In this document: piece after piece, positions 37,141 to 49,800 of the stretch | How positions within the stretch are numbered: the stretch's first letter is position 1 | How the letters are laid out: each line of letters begins with the position of its first letter | Assembly (NCBI GenBank): GCA_040954595.2 | Contig: CM082585.2 | Span: forward strand, 12,404,127 to 12,468,126 | Reading direction: 5' to 3' | From: Balanoglossus misakiensis | Taxonomy: Eukaryota > Animalia > Hemichordata | DNA length: 64,000 bases | Program-made: the position numbers and the translations under genes | Notes under the pieces: generated by a model | What the model was told of the DNA's origin: nothing | Databases searched by the model: none | What the model saw: only the letters and a program-made list of their open reading frames with translations

Positions 37141-37744
37141 TAGACATCCAGGGTGTGCTATTCATCCTGAAGATATAAATGGTTACTGTTACATGCATTT
37201 GTAAATTACTCATGCATTTCATTCATTATCTTTCAAGCTACCACCATGCCTGGTATGCCTGAAGTTGATATTTTCATCTGTAACAGTTCTGTAAGCAGAA
37301 TAAAATGTTCATTTTCATTTATAGAAATGTGTTATGATGTGTCTGGTGTTCCTAAGAACATGTGGTGATGCCCTTTTTTCGCGTGTGCTACCCACTAAAA
37401 ATCTGCGATCTGCTATATTTGAATTTTCCATGGTAACAGTGGTTAAAGATGAATGAATAGGCGATAGTGTTCCTTTAAACTTCTCGAATAGAAAGAATCT
37501 CACAAAGTTCACCGTAAAGGGCGCTATAGACTGGTATTACTTTCAGTTCTCAAGAGCCAAGTGTGAGCATAGACCCTATGTGAGTAACTGAGTACGTAGA
37601 TTTGTCGTGTAGGAGAAATGAAAAACATTGATTTGTTTAAGACCTGTTGATCCAGTGAACTTTGAGGTGTGATTGCACAACGGGCATTACGTATTATGGG
37701 ATACTGGGTAAAGTACTACATGCCAAACAGCTGAATCCTTGTTG

Positions 37745-37836
37745 ACTTCCGGTTACAAGGGGAAATCTTAAACGTCTTGTGTTCTGTGCGTGTTTCTCTG
37801 ATGTAAGAAAACCCTGGCGACACCAGAACGGTAAGT
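37745..37836 (+). promoter_or_regulatory. Probable NAPE-PLD promoter and non-coding first exon
   Basis: ETS-type ACTTCCGGT at about 37745, a strong donor CG|GTAAGT at 37831 and a matching acceptor TTTTAG at 38359, just before the ATG at 38373. Confidence 0.5.
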
Positions 37837-38372
37837 TTTACTATAATAACTTATACGACCGGTTTGTCTTTTGAATGTCGCGTAATATAACCATGGTTTA
37901 TCTGAAATGCACTTTCTGCGGGTGTGCCGATGCAGTGTTGAATTTCGTCCATGGTTCAGTGCACGATTACCAGGAAGTGGTTTATCAAAGTGTCTTACAC
38001 TTTCTGCCACACGCATAAAGAACACCGATGTCGAAAGATGTGTTGGAATCACCACAGGTCTAACGCCACGATCAAGCAACAGTTTCACTGATAATTTCAT
38101 GTTTATAAGTCTCGTCTGGCAACCATGGTTACATGCCACATGTGGATGACGTCATGCTTGTCTTTGCATTCGTTTTTGAATCTAAGTGGTACGTCAATGG
38201 TGTAACACTCGCGTAAAGGGATTCTTTGTATGTGTTACTTTACTTTTGCATGGGTAACTAACAATCGGTTGAGAATATTCCATTGCGAATGACAAAATTG
38301 CAAGTCATTTTAATATATATTACAAAACATATGTGAATGTCTGTTTGGCTCACTTTTAGGAAATTAAGTAGA

Positions 38373-40308
38373 ATGGAAGAGGCAAGTGCTTTTGTTTCCG
38401 AGCCTCACTATGATGAGATTCCGGGATCAGCCCATCATTACAACAGTGCATACGAAGATCCACAACAATCAACCAAAACAGGCAACAGTGGGGAAAAATA
38501 TTCTGAGGAGAATGTGAGGACACAGGACGTTGATGTGAGGGGTAACACAAGAAACAGACATACAATTGATACCAGACTGATGGAACCAGTACAGCAATCT
38601 GTCAGGAAAGGAGGAAGGTTTATCAATCCTTGGCCTGCATTTCAGAAACCATCGTTTGGAGGACTGATGAAGTGGATGATTACTGGAAAGGACAACAGCA
38701 ATATACCATCCAAATCGGTTTGCATTTTCATAGATTATTGCAACTCAAAAGAGTAGATTTATGATTGTTGTCACCATTCTTTTAATGATCACCTGTAAAT
38801 GTTCAAGTACTTCCTGTTAAATATTCCACTTTGCCCGGAGAGATTTAAATCTGCTACCCAATTCCCCTGCTGGTCATTTATAACATGACTACCATTTCTG
38901 TATAATATAGGAACTGGATCAAACCTTACCAATATTGAAACCAAATTTCGAGGAGTTGAAGAAACCACCAGCGTCTGGTATGAGGGTTACATGGATCGGT
39001 CATTCCACAGTTCTTGTACAGTTTGATGGTATCTCCATATTGACTGATCCTATCTTCAGTCAGCGTGGTTCTCCTTGTCAGCTGATGGGACCAAAACGCT
39101 ACCGTGACCCACCCTGTACAATTCATGAACTGCCACAGATACATGCTGTAGTGATAAGTCACAACCATTATGATCACTTAGATGTGGGCACTGTACAGAT
39201 CTTGAACGCCAGGTTTGGCAGGACTTTGCGTTGGTTTGTTCCGTCGGGTTTGCTGGAATGGATGAATAACATGGGATGTGAGGATTGCCTGGAACATGAA
39301 TGGTGGCAGGAGAATTGTGTCACAGATCATCCAGATGTATCGTTCATCTTCACACCGTCACAACACTGGTGTAAACGAGGCCCAACTGATGACAACAAAG
39401 TGCTTTGGGGGAGTTGGACTGTGGTGGGTCCAAATTACAGCTTCTTCTTTGGTGGAGACACTGGTTACTGCGAAGGTTTCAAACAGATCGGTCAAAGATA
39501 TGGACCAATCGACCTTGCAGCCATTCCTATCGGAGCATATGAACCACGGTATGTACTGTTCATTGCCTTCTCTGTAACTTCTGTGTTTAGGATACATACA
39601 CGTATCATGTAACAGTGATGTAGATAGGTTTTGTAACAGGTGGGCAAGAGGAACTTAAAGCCAGTCATTCATATGCAAGTTTCTATAGAAACATTTTAGC
39701 CAGTCACATACTGAGTTCAACATTGTGACACTTGACCGTCTCATCACTGATGTACGAACTCTTGTATATATCTGTGTGTGCATGTGTCCGTCCTGTGTGT
39801 CTTTATATTTAACTGACATGATACATGTTATACACACCAACACAAGATTCGTTTCATTTCATTTCATTTCAGATGGTTCATGAAAAGTCAGCATGTGAAT
39901 CCTGAAGAAGCTGTCCAGATTCATGAAGATCTGAAGGCGAGGAAATCTGTGGCTATCCACTGGGGAACCTTCCGTCTTACGGATGAGGTAAGTTTGGCAG
40001 AGATGAGTATATATTGGGCAAAAGAACACTGCAGATGAGTCAGTCAGAAACATTTAAAAGTTAAATTATGTTGATTTATGATCCTGGAATGACTGTTGAT
40101 TGATGTGAAATGACCAGCTTCATCATATTTTACTCGTGTGAAATAAACTGACCAAAAAAGTTTTCTTCTGTTTTGTATTCAGTTTTACTTGGAACCGCCT
40201 GAGAAAGTTCGAGAGGCCTTACAAGAGAAGGAAATCCCACAAGAAGACTTTCTGATTTTAAAACATGGGGAATCCAAACTTCTCTTTACAAGGGAAACGT
40301 TTCAGTAG
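38373..40308 (+). CDS. NAPEPLD: N-acyl-phosphatidylethanolamine-hydrolysing phospholipase D; exons 38373-38717, 38911-39548, 39873-39987, 40183-40308
   Basis: Metallo-beta-lactamase motifs [78 protein letters not shown]; TAG at 40306-40308. Confidence 0.95.
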
Positions 40309-40807
40309 ATTTGTCAAGTCTTTTTTCCCAATCACATTTTGTAACACACTCCAAAGAGTGAGGGCGCTTTCAAGATGGTTTCATCAATCAACTGAGAGTG
40401 ATCGTGTGTCGATCGATATTCCTGATTTCAGTACCAGTCACTCATATTGCTACCACTGTCACTTTCCATTTTTGTCAGGAAGAAGCATAACTCTGATTTT
40501 TTCTGCTTTGATGTTAAAGTGTTTAATTGATACTTGGGAATGTATTTTTCTGCTCTTCTCAAATTTACATTTGTGAAACATGACATCGTAGTGAAAGCAC
40601 CACCACTGTTTGACAATGTGCCAATAGAGTTGAATGCGAACTTTAAACCTTCAACTCTAGCAAATCTCCTGTGTGAGTTAATAACTATGCAGCTATCCCT
40701 ATGTCAGGCAAGATTTACCTCTGTCAGGCAAGGTTTTCCTTGTTGACACAGCTGCTAGTAGGAATATCTGCCAGTAAGTGTGGGCAGATATCATAATGAA
40801 TAGAAAA

Positions 40808-40938
40808 TACAGTTAAACCTGACTATAGTGGCCAGTCAGTGGATGTTACTAAACTGGCCTTTATAGACAGGTGCATAGGAACCGCTATAGACATGTTCTC
40901 ACCATATAAAGGTGGCCACTAACACAGGTTTGACTATA
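40808..40938. mobile_element. Degenerate Tc1/mariner/pogo-type MITE in the NAPE-PLD 3' region
   Basis: TA-CAGTTAAACCTG..TAGTGGCCA ... TGGCCACTA..CAGGTTTGACTA-TA: CAGT-type imperfect TIRs with TA flanks. Confidence 0.6.
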
Positions 40939-42803
40939 GTTCATTGAATCTTTATCATGGGATAGTACCAGTGCATAAGTTGAACATTGTTGATTAGTGA
41001 TGACTATTGTTTTGTTTTCATGGTTTGATACTGTGCTGATCCTTACAGATAGATTTGTTTGAATAAAATCTTATGAATTTTTAGACTATGAATTTGGAAT
41101 TTTATGATAGTAAGCTTTTTTACTGACATGTATAGTGTTTTGAAGTCATTTACAAGTCAGATGTGTACTCTTATAAAGCCATCTGATATAAAAAAATATC
41201 TTATATTTCTGTACTTCATTTTTCTGTGAATACATAATCATTTTTGTGACAATGATGTGCCCTTCAACTGAGATTTGCAGTTTTGTACAATTTTTTTTAA
41301 TAATAATGGATTTAGTGAATAGTGAATAGCATTAGTGAATAATCAGCTAACCTCTGCATCGGAATACTATGATTATTAACATGACAAAATTACACTGGAA
41401 TTATGACTGCTATTTACATGTTTTTGTACTTTATCAGCTATTTACTCACAAATCAAAATTTCTGTCTTAATTGCTATATTTTTGTACATGATATCAAATT
41501 CACTGACTACTGGTATGTATTGGATTGATTGAAATTTGGTATACAGTCAAATTATTGGAATGGCTAAAACCGATTAGTCTAAAATGAACATTTTGACACT
41601 TAATATTTGGAATGTACTTATTTCACATTTTTTCTGTAATTTACACTGTGATTGTGAAATGCAACTGATGCAATAAACTTTGCACTGATGCAAGTAGTGT
41701 GCCCAATCCAAAATTTGTTTAAAATTGGCTATGTGAGAAGTTGGCCTAGATTCACGGACGCTGGGAGTGCAGAATGAATCAACCCCACGCTTTCGAAAGC
41801 GTTATTTGACACGAGCGCTGATTGGATAATATACGTTCTTTGGTTAAAGCGAACGAAATGTTAGCCAATGGCGCGATATGTAATTCATGCGTAGGAACGA
41901 CAACGTGGCAGCAGACGACGTTTATGCGAACACTTATTCAGTGTGTGAATTTAACGGACTCATTTTGTGTTGAATCTCACACACCAACGACCTGTGATAA
42001 AATTTCACAAAAAATTTTTGAGTCACATATGCCTGCAGCTCGTGTGAAACAACATGACCGAAACTCGTGTGAGAAATCAACCGTATCATTGAGGGCACCA
42101 TTTGGCAGCATGCAAAGTAGTTGCGACAAGACAGGTGTCTAATATATTCACGTGGATGTACAGCGAGAGCATGCAGACATGGTGAGGCAAATTGATGCTG
42201 GTCTCGCGGAAATTCTGGAATGAAGCCAAATACAAGAATGGACAGCTTTCGAAACCCACCAAGTTGGGAGGCGGGAGTTCTTGCTCATTATTCTGGATCC
42301 AAAACATAGTGTTTCCCTTCATGGTATCGTTTACAGTCCTGAACATATCCGTTTACAGAGCGTGCCAAACCGAAGAACTTTCACGTGGACTTCTACAAAC
42401 AAGGTCGACGAGCTCAGGTTGGTTAGCGCTTACGTTGTTCTTTTGTTATTTTTAATTTTAAAATTTAAGGTAGGCCTACAGGCTAATCCCGGCACGTTAT
42501 AGGACTAGGAGATGTACTAAGAGTCACGGTGGTAGTAACTATCGGCCAATGGCATCTTTACTGGCAAGAGGGGTGTGGTCGATTTATCCCGTTTACACTT
42601 AATTTGCATATTGCGGATTTCTCAAACAAGTCCTCGGGCTTCAAACACTGCAGTTTTTAGGGTTGTAACTGCAGTGTGTCATTTTCGTATCGCTGCGTCG
42701 CGTAGCCGAATTTTGGAGGACACTCAACGCCAGGACGGCTTGAACTTCGTAGGACACTTTCAGAGCTTCGGCTGGACAACTCGCTTTTTGGAGATAGTCT
42801 TCC

Positions 42804-42920
42804 ATGGCAGAACAAAAATGTAAGTGAAACTTACCACTCAGAAATTTACACGGAACTCAGTATTATATTTGACCGGATAACAAGAGGATCAAACGTTTAC
42901 TTACCATAATGATGATGTCA

Positions 42921-42960
<40 letters not shown>

Positions 42961-45900
42961 ATTGTTGTTGTTGTTGTTGTTGTTATTCTTATTCTTATTA
43001 TTTTGCCTTACCCAAAGACACAACAACAACAACAACATAACTTTTCTTGGGTCTCGAACTAGCCCATCGAGTAGTGCATTCTGGCCACTGCACCACGACG
43101 TGTCCAATATTAAGACAAAGGGGTGTTTTTTTAAAGGGCGATAAACTGTCATATGTGGCATACATTCTGCATAACTTATGCGATTTTTATTGTTTATTAT
43201 CAGATTCATCGAAGCTGGGTGGCCAAGGAAACCAAGATCATGAACAAGATGATTTAATTGACGATTCAAAAGCACTGAACATGCAACAGGTATGTCAAAA
43301 GAAATGTTATTCCAGTGCCAAAATTCTTTGTCTGCCGTCTGCGAACAACTAAAATTTTGTCTTATTATAATATTGAACTTAAACTTGGAGATACTGAGTT
43401 TAATTTTTTTTTTTTTAGTAGTGTCAAGTCTGTCGGTTATGTCTGTTCTTTAATTTGTCATTGTCTGTCTGTCTACAGCGGGGTAAACCAATAGGTAAAC
43501 CAAGTTTGTTCCAGCATAGACCCTGGAGCGAATTTATTTCTTCAGGGTCTATGGTTCCAGTGATAACTTGAACGGGACTGCTATGTTCGTTATGTAATTC
43601 TATTAAAAGACTTGAATACTTAATGGTGCAAATATTTAACATGTACTGTGTTCATTTGATCTAAAATACCTCCTCCTAAACCCAATTCGTTTTTTATCTT
43701 GCTGTAAATGTGATGTGTTGATAATACTATAACATTTTCTCGGATTTTCTCTTAAATGAGCTTGGTTATTGCAGATTTACCTCTTTTTTTTAAAGTTTAC
43801 ATATTTACAAACGCGGAACCTTACATTGATTTAGTTTCTGTTTGGAAAGGTTTTCATTTAGCCTTATTTAAACAAACCGTGTGTACCTGTTTTACATGTA
43901 ACCACATTCTAACTTTGTATGGCACCTTTCTGTATTGTATTGTGCCTCATTCACTCATTCGTTCATCCAGCCATTCATTCATTCCATCGTTCATGGATGG
44001 ATGGATGGATGGATGGATGGATGGATATACAAACAGACAGATAGATAGGCAGAGAGATAGATAGCGGGGTGGGGGGGGGTTATACTTCATAAAGATGTTG
44101 GCGTTCAGATGACAATGTCATGTTTGTAACACATCTTATCTGATAACTATTTTTGCAGATCCAGTTTCCAGAGCAACAAGAGGACTTTCAGATTCATCAA
44201 GATGACGACTTTCCGATGAAAAATCCTCCAGATGAACATCTGCTGGCCTCCGTTCTTGCGAGTGTCTTCTGTTGTTGGCCCGTTGGAATGATTGCTGTCA
44301 TCAAATCTTTTGAGGTAGGAGGAGATAGAATTTGGTTTACGAACACAGACATGCCCTCACATTATTTCTTGATGGTACAAAACAAGAAATTAAGCATGTT
44401 TAGATTTCAACACCGATTATACCATTTGTTCAATCTAATCGGCGTTTTAGGTATCAATTTGTTTTTAACCTGACAAGCCATATGTGTTGAAAAATTCCAC
44501 AAAACTGATTTATGTTGTTGTTTTTTCAATTAAATGATCACATAGACAGCGAAAAATAAATTGGCATACTAAAATAGAGAGATGATTGACACACGAGTTT
44601 CCTTGGTACACTCAGGACAAGATGTGTTCAGATTTATCACTGGTGGTTATGCATTTTTTTCTGTGTTCAAGAAACCAAAAAAAATTGCGTTCTGAATAAC
44701 AACCAGCTATGTTTATTATGTATGTCATTTCCGCAATACTAATTGTTCAAATTAGGATAATAATTTTGACTGATTGACTTACTATAGAAAATGCCGCGTA
44801 ATTCTCAATATTCTGATAGCTATTTTAAATTGCGTTCTGTGTCATAATTGATATTACGGTTGTCATGAATGCAGATTGGTGGAAAACAAAAATTAAATGG
44901 CTGTGTATCAAATAATACAATTGTCAACATACACTGGTGTTAGATTGCTTTCTCCCATAGAGTTACATATGAGACATGAATCCATGTCTAAAATGCGTTT
45001 GTTGACTTGTGTTTCACTTAGGTTCGAAACTTCCTATCAATGGGAGATCGCCAACAGGCTGAAAGGTCTTCCAGAGACGCCATCAAGTATACAATTGCAG
45101 CTATTGCCCTTGGTATCTTCACTTTTCTGGCGGTCTTTGGACTGAAGGTAAATATATGAAGCTATTCACCGGTTTCAATTGGGTTTGCTAAGTTCCTCGG
45201 TGAGCAGTGATTTTCCATGAACCCATGCAGGATTACAAATTGAATTTATCACATATACAGAACATTTGCTTGTGTGTCTGGTGGTGGTGGTGTACATGGT
45301 TGAAATGATGGCGGTGGTAGTACATCCCGGTAGTACATGCAGTAGCTGGTACTTTGATGGTGGTAGTAGTGTGGTGGTATCTGCAGTGGTTGTGTGACAA
45401 TAATGCTATGTTTGTTGGTAGTGGGGTTGCACTAGTTGGGATGTGCTGTGCCGGTTGGGGAATGTCAATTTTCATACTTCAGAAGCAAAAAATTTCTCAG
45501 ATTGTTGACAATATCAGATCATGATTACACCAAAGGCGAATCTTATCATTTTAACACTCATGTACATGCAACATTTGTATATACAGTGAAATATACAAAT
45601 GTTGCATGTACATGAGTGTTAAAATGATAAGATTTCATTTCATTCATTCATTCATTCATTCATTCATTCATTCATTCCAGAATGAATTTTGGCCAAGTCT
45701 GCATGGCAGTGAGATCCAAGACCAAGACAACAGTTCAACCCTGCAATGTACATCAAAAGAGTTCTGGATTCCAGTAATGATTAAATTTATAGTCCTTTGG
45801 CCAGTTGCATTATTTGCTGTCTTCAAGCTATTAGATGTAAGCTGTAAATTATTTAATTATATAAAGACAATTGGAACTATCTGCTTAGTGAATATAAGAT

Positions 45901-46250
45901 ATTCAGAATTGTGGCAAAATCAACTGAATTCTATTTAAAAACTGCATTGACATTTTTTGCAAATTGTGCCATTTTTTACACAAAAATAATCCAGTGCTAT
46001 TTTCAAGATGTTACTATCACAAAGTAGTTCAATCGTTTTAACAATAACTTTTCTGAAGTTGAATGTAAGAATAAATTTTATTTTTTTGTAATTTCACTTT
46101 CAGGTCTATTATGCTACAGAGGCTGGGGATCTCCAGCGGGCACAGAAATCCTCCAGAACCGTCATAATTTTCGTCATTATTGCTTTAGTTATCACTGTCT
46201 TTTTCATGGCCCCAAACTATCTACCTGCTAAGAGTTGTGAGCAGAAGTGA
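42804..46250 (+). CDS. CD225/dispanin (PRRT1/SynDIG/IFITM superfamily) protein with two tandem CD225 domains, 228 aa; exons 42804-42819, 43204-43289, 44159-44314, 45022-45147, 45681-45836, 46104-46250
   Basis: Domain 1: PPDEHLLASVLASVFCCWPVGMIAVIKSFE|VRNFLSMGDRQQAERSSRDAIKYTIAAIALGIFTFL. Domain 2: KEFWIPVMIKFIVLWPVALFAVFKLLD|VYYATEAGDLQRAQKSSRTVIIFVIIALVITVFF. All splice sites are canonical and frame-consistent. Confidence 0.8.
42921..42985. repeat. Compound (GAT)n/(GTT)n microsatellite in CD225 gene intron 1
   Basis: About 13 GAT units followed by about 7 GTT units. Confidence 0.95.
43994..44063. repeat. (GGAT)n and degenerate (GAYA)n microsatellite
   Basis: ATGGATGGATGG... followed by ACAG/ATAG units. 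Confidence 0.9.
45640..45677. repeat. (TTCA)n microsatellite forming the pyrimidine tract of the CD225 exon-5 acceptor
   Basis: About 9 TTCA units directly before CCAG|45681. Confidence 0.9.
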
Positions 46251-46779
46251 AAAGTGGATGTTTCGTGTCTCAATGGAAATCTTTGAATGTGGAAAGAAAC
46301 AAACCGGTTTAACGTTTATGTCGATTGGCCAGGACCAGGCACCTGTATGACATCTCTGCTGAAGATAAATGTTCCAATAAAAAGGGAACAAGAGACTGAA
46401 GTGTACTTTTGACATAATTTTGGTTCATTTGATTTCTCTTGATACATGGTGAATGTAAGAAACTCAGACAATGACCCAGTATTTGCTTGTTTGTTATTGT
46501 GGAGTTTTTATTGCTGTGATTATACAAAAAGTAGGCTAAGCAAAAATGATGAGATGGTTGAAGAAATAAGATGAAGAACAATAGCAACAATATTTCATTT
46601 ACAGAAATGTGACTGCGTAAAAAATATGGCAGAAAAACACTCCAATCCAACACTAATATTGACTACACTGACCTCATACAAAATTGCAAAGTCAATGGAA
46701 AAAGAGACTAGTTGTGTTCTGATACTACATACTTCAACCCCGCATGGCCATGTAAAATCAGGTCGAAGTTTCTTTTACT

Positions 46780-46872
46780 TTAACCATTTCACCCCCAGTT
46801 CCCTGTTTGAGGTCCAACCCTTACCATAGAAAACAATAGGTTTGGACTGGACCATGGTGGTGAAAGGGTTAA
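46780..46872. mobile_element. piggyBac-like MITE, copy 2
   Basis: TTAA-CCATTTCACC ... GGTGAAAGGG-TTAA; its interior GAGGTCCAAC..TTACCATAGAAAACAAT is the reverse complement of the copy at 35292-35384. Confidence 0.78.
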
Positions 46873-49800
46873 ACATGCTGATAGTGACCAAAGCTACATT
46901 GAAATAAAAAAAAGTTACTGCAAACCCATTTGTCAAATTGTCTCTTGCAACAAATACTATCTACACACAAGAACTGATATGATTCTGTTGATACATGGAA
47001 GTGTTCCATTAAATACACTCAAATACAGGATCACTTTCTTAATACACCTGTCACTCCTTTCTTCACATATCCACATAACACGATGGTTCAGACCCACACG
47101 ACTTTTTTTTTTGTCAGGCAAATGCAATTTGATGATTGTACCAAACAAAAAGAACTTTCTGAAACAATGTTTATTAATCATTTTGCTACATCTATGAAAA
47201 CCATTGTAATATAAACCCCATATTAGATCTGCAATCAAAAGTATGGTTTCTGGAGGTGTGAAAAAAGTAAATAATGTTAACACAACACTAATACTTCAGT
47301 GTTCTGTCTTCTTGCACTAAAAAGTGATAAATTCACAATGTTTTTTTTTAATTCTAATAAAGCAAACATACTAGCTTAGAATTGCATATGTTTTCATCAT
47401 TGACAAAAATACTGAATATTTGAATCACACCTTTGTCTCAATGCTGCTACACTAAAGTAACAATTAGAATAACTGAACTGCATGCTGGGTAAACAAGATG
47501 AGGTAGCTTTTACTTCAAATAAAAAATGTGAACAGACATTAAATCCTTGTCAGCAGAGAAAAACACTATTAACTTGCACAATATCTGTCTACAATGCCAT
47601 GTCTAAACTGCCTTGAGGAAACTAGGTTTTTTAAAGGTTCTAGACGGAGCCCACTTTCTGGTTTTGAAGAACAAAGTGATATGTGAGACAGTATAGAATT
47701 ACACACACACCATTGTCACATTCTAACCCTGTGCCGACAGGTCAACTTCTTCCAAAACTCACAAACAATCAAATCAGAATACATGACATACTAGTAAGAT
47801 ACACAGGAAAATACTATCAGACCACTTAACATGAAGCAAGCATCAATTGATCGTGTATTTTAAAACGTTGAATGAAATACAACTCTTTACTAAGCTGGGG
47901 GAAAGAATATGAAAAAGAAACTTCACAAAATGATTAGAGCTCCATATGAACTTCTTCCATCAAAGTAAACTTCCAACAAATATTTCACCTTCATAGTTTT
48001 CAACAAATCATTGGTACAGACAAAAAGAGAACTACAATTCATCCAGAGATTGAGAGCTGAAAGATCGCAATCAAAACACTTCCTGTTCCCTGGTTAGCAC
48101 CTTTAGGTTCCTTTCATCAACAAATCTTGATAATATTCTACTCTACACCAACTGCAATTATAAGTATTTATACAAAACTAAACGCAAAGCAGAGCTCTGG
48201 AAAAAAAGGCAAATATCACATTCCAACGTTCATTTGTAAGACGTTAAAACGTGCCAATTAACACAAACACACTTCAGTACAGTACTTGGTCAATTTGGGG
48301 TACACTCAATGAACTTTACTAATGACATACAATAAATAGAATATCAAATATACATATTCATCACATATCTACGGCAAGGTAGTCTACAACTGAAACCATT
48401 CGATCAAACCATTTTGGTAGAAACTTGTGGTTAATAGGCAATAGCGATTCGGCAATGAACATTTTTAGTTTGTTGATTTAAAATTTAAAGTACATGTATT
48501 TTGATCAGCAGAACTACAACAGCATATATACCACTCTCAGTACAATGAAAACCATGACAACAGTGTCTTTTCCAATTAAATTCTACTTCAACTGAACTAT
48601 TCAGATTTTTTAATAAAGGTCAAAGATACAACAGTTATCGATAGTTTTGAAAAAAATGTGTAGTGAAAATACACTAAGATCTTTGACTGTGATGGTGCTT
48701 ATGTGTCAAACTTTCTTAATTCATACAGGGTGATATGAACAATAGCTGGGCTGACCACATACAAAATCTCACACTGTCGCCACATACTTCTAAAAACATT
48801 GTTTGACCACACTGTCAACCCCTACCCACACAACTCTTCAACGTAAGATGAAATGTTACAAAAAATGCTCATCTTATCATAACCCCCACCCCCAAACTGT
48901 CTGCCCCTAAATCCAAGGTAAGGTGATTTTAAGTAATTTGGTTGTATTTCTATGTTTGTGCATATCACTATTATGGGATATGTTTAGTTTAATTAGTCAT
49001 TCTGTACACGTTAACTGTATAGCACCTCAAAAGACATCATGTTTGCATAATTTGGTTTTCTAAGATTCACTCTAAACATGAAGAGACTTTTAAAAAACAA
49101 TGTCACTTATATACTGATACTTGAACATATGCACAGTAAGGGTTTAATAACAAATTCAAATAATTATCAAAAGGGTCACCCTTCTCCCATGTGAAATTAT
49201 CAACTTGTGTTTTTCCAAAAACTTCAATTTGTCAACTATTATCTGACATAGCCTTACTTTACGATGGAAAACAGAAAACTTGGACTACAGGAGCTAAGTG
49301 TGATAGTCCAGGGATTGGTACATGCTTTGTGCCCTATTGTCAAATTGATAGCAAATAAATTGTAGAAGATTGTCATTTATTAAGAAATTGTTTGTCAAGA
49401 CTTCGTTGGAGTGTACAAACCCCAAAAGAAATAGCAACTCCAATCAAGATTATTCTGTAAGCTACTCTTTGATAACGCAAAGAGTTCACACCACAGGGAA
49501 ACAAAGGCAAGGATTCAAGCATGACAAAGTTTTTTAAACAACAAAATTTTCATTGATCAATTTTCACAAACGTTGTGAGGTTGGAAAAAAATAGCTGGAA
49601 GCATCTTGTAGCTAAATAATATACCATACAATCGTTAAACAATATGCTTTATAAAAAAACTTTTTCAACTCTATTTTTAAGTATCAATTGCTTTGTAAGG
49701 ATGTGCTATTTAACATAAAAAAACATACAATTTTTTTCTTGCAAAAGACTGTCGCACTTGTTTCTGACGTTTTTAAACATTCTGTACTGAAAATTGCTCA

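Noticed and set aside
41750-42800. CpG-richer region with several 70-106 aa ORFs
   Set aside because: No recognisable domain or consistent splice pattern; probably promoter sequence or a decayed repeat. A BLASTX/Dfam search would be needed.
42901-43275. Poly-N/poly-H and poly-L ORFs
   Set aside because: Translation artefacts of the (GAT)n/(GTT)n microsatellite.
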